Assembly: GCA_041752695.1 (NCBI GenBank)
Contig: JBGSVZ010000092.1
Coordinates: forward strand, 1 to 64,000
Direction: 5' to 3'
DNA length: 64,000 bases
Source: Terrimicrobiaceae bacterium
Lineage (GTDB): Bacteria > Verrucomicrobiota > Verrucomicrobiia > Chthoniobacterales > Terrimicrobiaceae
The position numbers and the translations under genes were made by a program. Each line of letters begins with the position of its first letter. Positions within the stretch are counted from its first letter, which is position 1. Of the stretch, positions 58,702 to 64,000 are shown in pieces. Under the pieces are notes generated by a model that saw only the letters and a list, made by a program, of their open reading frames with translations, did no database searches and had not been told where the DNA came from.

Positions 58702-60645
58702 ATGTCAAAGATTTTAGGTATCGATTTGGGCACGACGAACTCCTGCATGGCAGTGATGGAGGGCGGAGAGCCTGTCGTTTTGGAAAATTCCGAAGGAGCG
58801 CGCACCACGCCTTCTGTCGTCGCATTCTCGAAGACAGGTGAACGTCTGGTCGGGCAGGCTGCCAAACGCCAGGCGGTGACCAATCCGCAAAACACAGTTT
58901 TTTCCGTGAAGCGATTCATGGGGCGAAAATTTTCTGAAGTTCAGGACGAGCTCAAACGGGTCCCTTACAAGGTGGTCGCGGCCTCCAATGGCGACGCGCA
59001 CATTGAGGTGACGGTCAATGGGGAAGCCAAACGTTTCAGTCCGCCGGAAGTCTCGGCAATGATCCTCGCGAAGCTCAAGGCCGATGCGGAAGCCAAGCTT
59101 GGGGAAAAAATCACCCAGGCCGTAATCACGGTTCCGGCTTACTTTAACGATTCGCAGCGCAATGCGACGAAGGACGCGGGCAAGATTGCCGGCCTCGAAG
59201 TACTTCGCATCATCAACGAGCCCACCGCGGCGTCACTGGCCTACGGTCTCGACAAAAAATCCGACGAAAAGATCGCCGTTTACGACCTTGGCGGCGGCAC
59301 GTTCGATATCTGTGCTCTCGAAATTGGCGACGGTGTTTTCCAGGTTGCGGCCACGAATGGTGACACCCACCTTGGTGGCGACGACTGGGACAACCGTCTC
59401 ATGGATTGGATCATCGGGGAGTTTAAAAACGACACCGGCATCGATCTCACCAAACAACCTGACGCTGTCCAGCGCATCAAGGAAGAGGCGGAAAAAGCGA
59501 AGATCGCTCTTTCGTCCACGCAGGAATACGAAATCAACCTGCCCTTTGTGACCGCCGACCAGTCGGGTCCGAAACATATTCAGAAAAAACTCACCCGCTC
59601 CAAACTCGAGCAGCTCACCGATGATCTGTTCGAGCGCACGATCAAGCCCGTCAAGGATTGCTTGAGCGATGCAAAGTGGACCGCGAGCACGATCGACGAG
59701 CTTGTTCTCGTGGGCGGCATGACCCGCATGCCGAAAGTGGTGGATACCGCGCGGTCGCTTATCGGCAAGGAACCCCACAAGGGCGTGAATCCCGACGAGG
59801 TTGTGGCCATCGGTGCTTCCATTCAGGGTGGTGTGCTTAAGGGTGACGTCAAAGACGTCCTCCTGCTCGACGTTACGCCGCTTTCGCTGGCTATCGAAAC
59901 TGCGGGAGGCATTGCCACCGCGATGATCCCCCGCAACACCACAATCCCGACCCGCAAGTCGCAAATTTTCTCGACCTACAGCGACAGCCAGCCTGGTGTG
60001 GAAATCAAGGTTCTGCAGGGCGAGCGTCCCCTCAGCCGCGATAATAAACAGCTTGGAACGTTTCACCTCGATGGCATCCCTCCGGCCCCGCGTGGCACGC
60101 CACAGATTGAAGTGACCTTCGACATCGACGCTAATGGTATCCTCAACGTCTCCGCCAAGGATCTAGGCACCGGCAAGGAGCAAAAAATCTCCATCACCGG
60201 ATCCAGCGGTCTGACCAAGGAGGAAGTGGAGAAAATGCAGAAGGAAGCCGAGGCTCATGCGGCGGAAGACGCCAAAGCCAAGGAGTCGATTGAGATTCGT
60301 AACAATGCGGACAATCTCGCCTACCAGTGTGAGAAGCAGCTCAAAGACCTCGGCGATAAACTCGACGGCGCGCAGAAAAAGTCCATCGAGGACGCGATTG
60401 CCAAAGTGCGCGAAGCCCTCAAGGGCAGTGACTCGGATGCGATCAAGGCCGCCAACGACGATCTGCAACAGAAATTTCAGGACATCAGCACGGAGCTCTA
60501 CAAAAACGCCGCCCAACAGGCTGGGCCTCAGCCCGGTGCTGAAAACGAAGCGGGCGGACCTCCCCCGCAGTCCGAAACCAAAAAGGACGCCGACGTCGTT
60601 GACGCGGAGTTCGAGATGGTGGACGAGGACAAAAAGAAAAACTAA
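58702..60645 (+). CDS. dnaK: Chaperone DnaK
   Basis: [41 protein letters not shown]. Confidence 0.99.
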   Translation: MSKILGIDLGTTNSCMAVMEGGEPVVLENSEGARTTPSVVAFSKTGERLVGQAAKRQAVTNPQNTVFSVKRFMGRKFSEVQDELKRVPYKVVAASNGDAHIEVTVNGEAKRFSPPEVSAMILAKLKADAEAKLGEKITQAVITVPAYFNDSQRNATKDAGKIAGLEVLRIINEPTAASLAYGLDKKSDEKIAVYDLGGGTFDICALEIGDGVFQVAATNGDTHLGGDDWDNRLMDWIIGEFKNDTGIDLTKQPDAVQRIKEEAEKAKIALSSTQEYEINLPFVTADQSGPKHIQKKLTRSKLEQLTDDLFERTIKPVKDCLSDAKWTASTIDELVLVGGMTRMPKVVDTARSLIGKEPHKGVNPDEVVAIGASIQGGVLKGDVKDVLLLDVTPLSLAIETAGGIATAMIPRNTTIPTRKSQIFSTYSDSQPGVEIKVLQGERPLSRDNKQLGTFHLDGIPPAPRGTPQIEVTFDIDANGILNVSAKDLGTGKEQKISITGSSGLTKEEVEKMQKEAEAHAAEDAKAKESIEIRNNADNLAYQCEKQLKDLGDKLDGAQKKSIEDAIAKVREALKGSDSDAIKAANDDLQQKFQDISTELYKNAAQQAGPQPGAENEAGGPPPQSETKKDADVVDAEFEMVDEDKKKN

Positions 60646-60751
60646 CGCCCGTCCAGGCAATCCCTTTAACCAATAGTTCCGGAGCCGCCTACGCGGCATT
60701 CGGGACAGTCGTTAAAAACCAACCAAACCCAAATAAATAACACATAGCCCT

Positions 60752-61048
60752 ATGGCCAGCGTGAATATCAAACCTCTCGGCGACCGCGTGCTCGTTCAGG
60801 CGCTCGAAGAGAAGGAAGTCAAAAAAGGCGGAATTATCATTCCCGACACCGCTAAGGAAAAACCCCAGGAAGGCCAAGTGGTCGCCCTCGGAACCGGCAA
60901 ACGTGATGAGGACGGAAAACTCATCGAGTTCACCGTGAAAAAAGGCGACAAGGTCCTCATTTCCAAATACGGCGGAACCGAAGTCAAAATCGACGGCGAA
61001 AGCTATCTGATCATGCGCGAGGACGACATCCTCGGCATCATCGGCTAA
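60752..61048 (+). CDS. groES: Co-chaperonin GroES
   Basis: [29 protein letters not shown]. Confidence 0.99.
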   Translation: MASVNIKPLGDRVLVQALEEKEVKKGGIIIPDTAKEKPQEGQVVALGTGKRDEDGKLIEFTVKKGDKVLISKYGGTEVKIDGESYLIMREDDILGIIG

Positions 61049-61079
61049 GCCCTTCCATCAACAATCAACCAATCAATAA

Positions 61080-62726
<1,647 letters not shown>

Positions 62727-62751
62727 AGTCCAGCTCGCACACAGTCCAAAA

Positions 62752-62794
62752 TCAACAAGCAGCCCCGGTCGCAAGACCGGGGCTGTTTTGTTGA
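62752..62794 (+). terminator. Rho-independent terminator after groEL
   Basis: CAGCCCCGGTC-GCAA-GACCGGGGCTG followed by TTTTGTT. Confidence 0.9.
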
Positions 62795-62909
62795 GTGGCG
62801 GCACCGACAGCCCGCCGGCAACCGTTCCGCCCAACCTGGCAGGAATTCCGTGCCACTTTTCATCCGCAAAGACTTGAAAACCATCCGGTCTGCGCACTAG
62901 TGTGGTGGG

Positions 62910-64000
62910 ATGGCCAAAGAGCTGCCCCCATTCGTTCAGACGTTTCTGGACAAATTCAGTAATTCCCGGGATTTCACGATTTCGTTTACCCTGCACGCCA
63001 TCCTTATTGCGATCTTCGGCGGCACGGTGCTTTTTCAGGCGGTGCAGGAACCTCCGGATTTCGAGGGCGAGAGTGGCGGGTTCGTTCAGTCGAGCGACTC
63101 CCCCCAAGCTCCCCAGCAACCGCAGCAGGTGCAGCAGCCCACGGTAAATACTCTGGTTGCTCCCCCGAGCGCCTCCAATCCCCTTAACACGATTACCACC
63201 AGTGCGGTGAATCCGGCGAACTTCACGATGTCGCCCACGATAATGACGCCGGTCACGACGGCACCCGCCACCACGACGACGACCACGACGGTTGCCGCCC
63301 CCACGACAGGCATGAGCTCCGACGGACTCACGACTGCCGCGGCTTCGCAGATTAAGGCCTTCACGGGTGGGTGGGGCAAGGGGCAGGGGAGTGGCACCGG
63401 CATTCGCTCCCGTGAATTTGAGTTCACCGCCTACCTCGGCCAGTATCAGGGTGGCAACTGGAACTCCACGGTTCGAGTGGTGCAGAACAAGATCGAGACA
63501 GGGAGCCTGCCAAACCTCCTCTATCTCATGAGCGCGTGGTCGAAAGATAAGATCAAGACCAACTACAAAAATGTCGTGGCCATCAAACTCGACAGCGACC
63601 AAATCTTCGCCATCAAACCGCCGTTCATTTTCATGACCGGCACCCGGGATTTTAAGCTGACGGATAAAGAGGTGGAAACGCTTCAGAAGTACATCCGCCT
63701 CGGGGGTTGTATCTGGGGAGATAGCTCGTTGCCGGGATTGCGCTCGCGCTTCGACATCGCGTTCCGCCGCGAGATGAAGCGGGTGATTCCCGATGTGGAC
63801 AAGGACTTCGAGCCGCTCCCCAACAACCACCCCATCTTTACGCAAACGTATTTTCCCGAAATCAAGGAAGTGCCTCCGGGTTTGAATTTTTACCAGGAAC
63901 CCGTCTTCGCGATGAAGATCTACGGGGAGATCGCCATCCTTTATACCGCCAACGACTACGGAGACATGTGGCAGGTCGGACTGAATCAGCAGGGCCAGAT
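62910..64000 (+). CDS. Membrane-anchored DUF4159-domain protein (partial, runs off the window)
   Basis: Manually translated: MAKELPP...LHAILIAIFGGTVLF (transmembrane), Pro/Thr-rich linker, PPFIFMTGTRDF.LT..EVE.LQKYIRLGG.IWGD...FRREMKRV...HPIF...NDYGDMW. Confidence 0.8.
   Translation, partial: MAKELPPFVQTFLDKFSNSRDFTISFTLHAILIAIFGGTVLFQAVQEPPDFEGESGGFVQSSDSPQAPQQPQQVQQPTVNTLVAPPSASNPLNTITTSAVNPANFTMSPTIMTPVTTAPATTTTTTTVAAPTTGMSSDGLTTAAASQIKAFTGGWGKGQGSGTGIRSREFEFTAYLGQYQGGNWNSTVRVVQNKIETGSLPNLLYLMSAWSKDKIKTNYKNVVAIKLDSDQIFAIKPPFIFMTGTRDFKLTDKEVETLQKYIRLGGCIWGDSSLPGLRSRFDIAFRREMKRVIPDVDKDFEPLPNNHPIFTQTYFPEIKEVPPGLNFYQEPVFAMKIYGEIAILYTANDYGDMWQVGLNQQGQ

Noticed and set aside
59233..60066. Antisense ORFs within dnaK
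   Set aside because: Antisense open frames opposite hsp70 genes are a well-known artefact; there is no supporting evidence here.
60675..60710. Hairpin between dnaK and groES as an ncRNA or terminator
   Set aside because: Imperfect stem with no U-tract; could be an mRNA stability element, but the evidence is too weak.

Overview
GC-rich bacterial chromosome segment, most likely Verrucomicrobiota (Spartobacteria/Chthoniobacterales-like). This is inferred from a complete four-gene Verru_Chthon prepilin cassette, PEP-CTERM proteins and a dnaK-groES-groEL operon. About 55 protein genes are supported; I found no RNA genes, CRISPR arrays or transposases. Bases 1-28 kb and 48.7-64 kb are mostly housekeeping: tmk, pgsA, der, rsmI, lptE, bamD, yacG, an Rrf2-sbp-cysK-sbp sulfur operon, bioA, comF, accD, folC, folE2, an RND efflux pump and chaperones. 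Between folC and folE2 lies a ~20.7 kb accessory block. It holds the Verru_Chthon B-C-D-A pilin cassette, two PEP-CTERM proteins, a GH1, two multi-module GH16s, a GH5 and an MFS transporter. Its standout gene is a full-length GH1 beta-glycosidase domain fused to a C-terminal AraC helix-turn-helix. In this fusion the catalytic acid/base motif is altered (TLNEP -> TQSDP) while the nucleophile motif (ITENG) is kept, and it is transcribed divergently from an intact paralogous GH1. This looks like a glycosidase-derived pseudoenzyme sugar sensor controlling a SusCD-less, pilin-associated polysaccharide utilisation locus; a shared upstream DNA motif links the GH operon to a PEP-CTERM gene. Other signals: an Rrf2 with a CysE-like GEGI tail and its candidate operator, a degenerate ABC ATPase, a Fur-family-like box before a His-rich outer-membrane protein, a perfect 17-bp inverted repeat at the block edge, and a sigma54-type promoter for dnaK-groESL. 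All family assignments come from motif recognition, not database searches.
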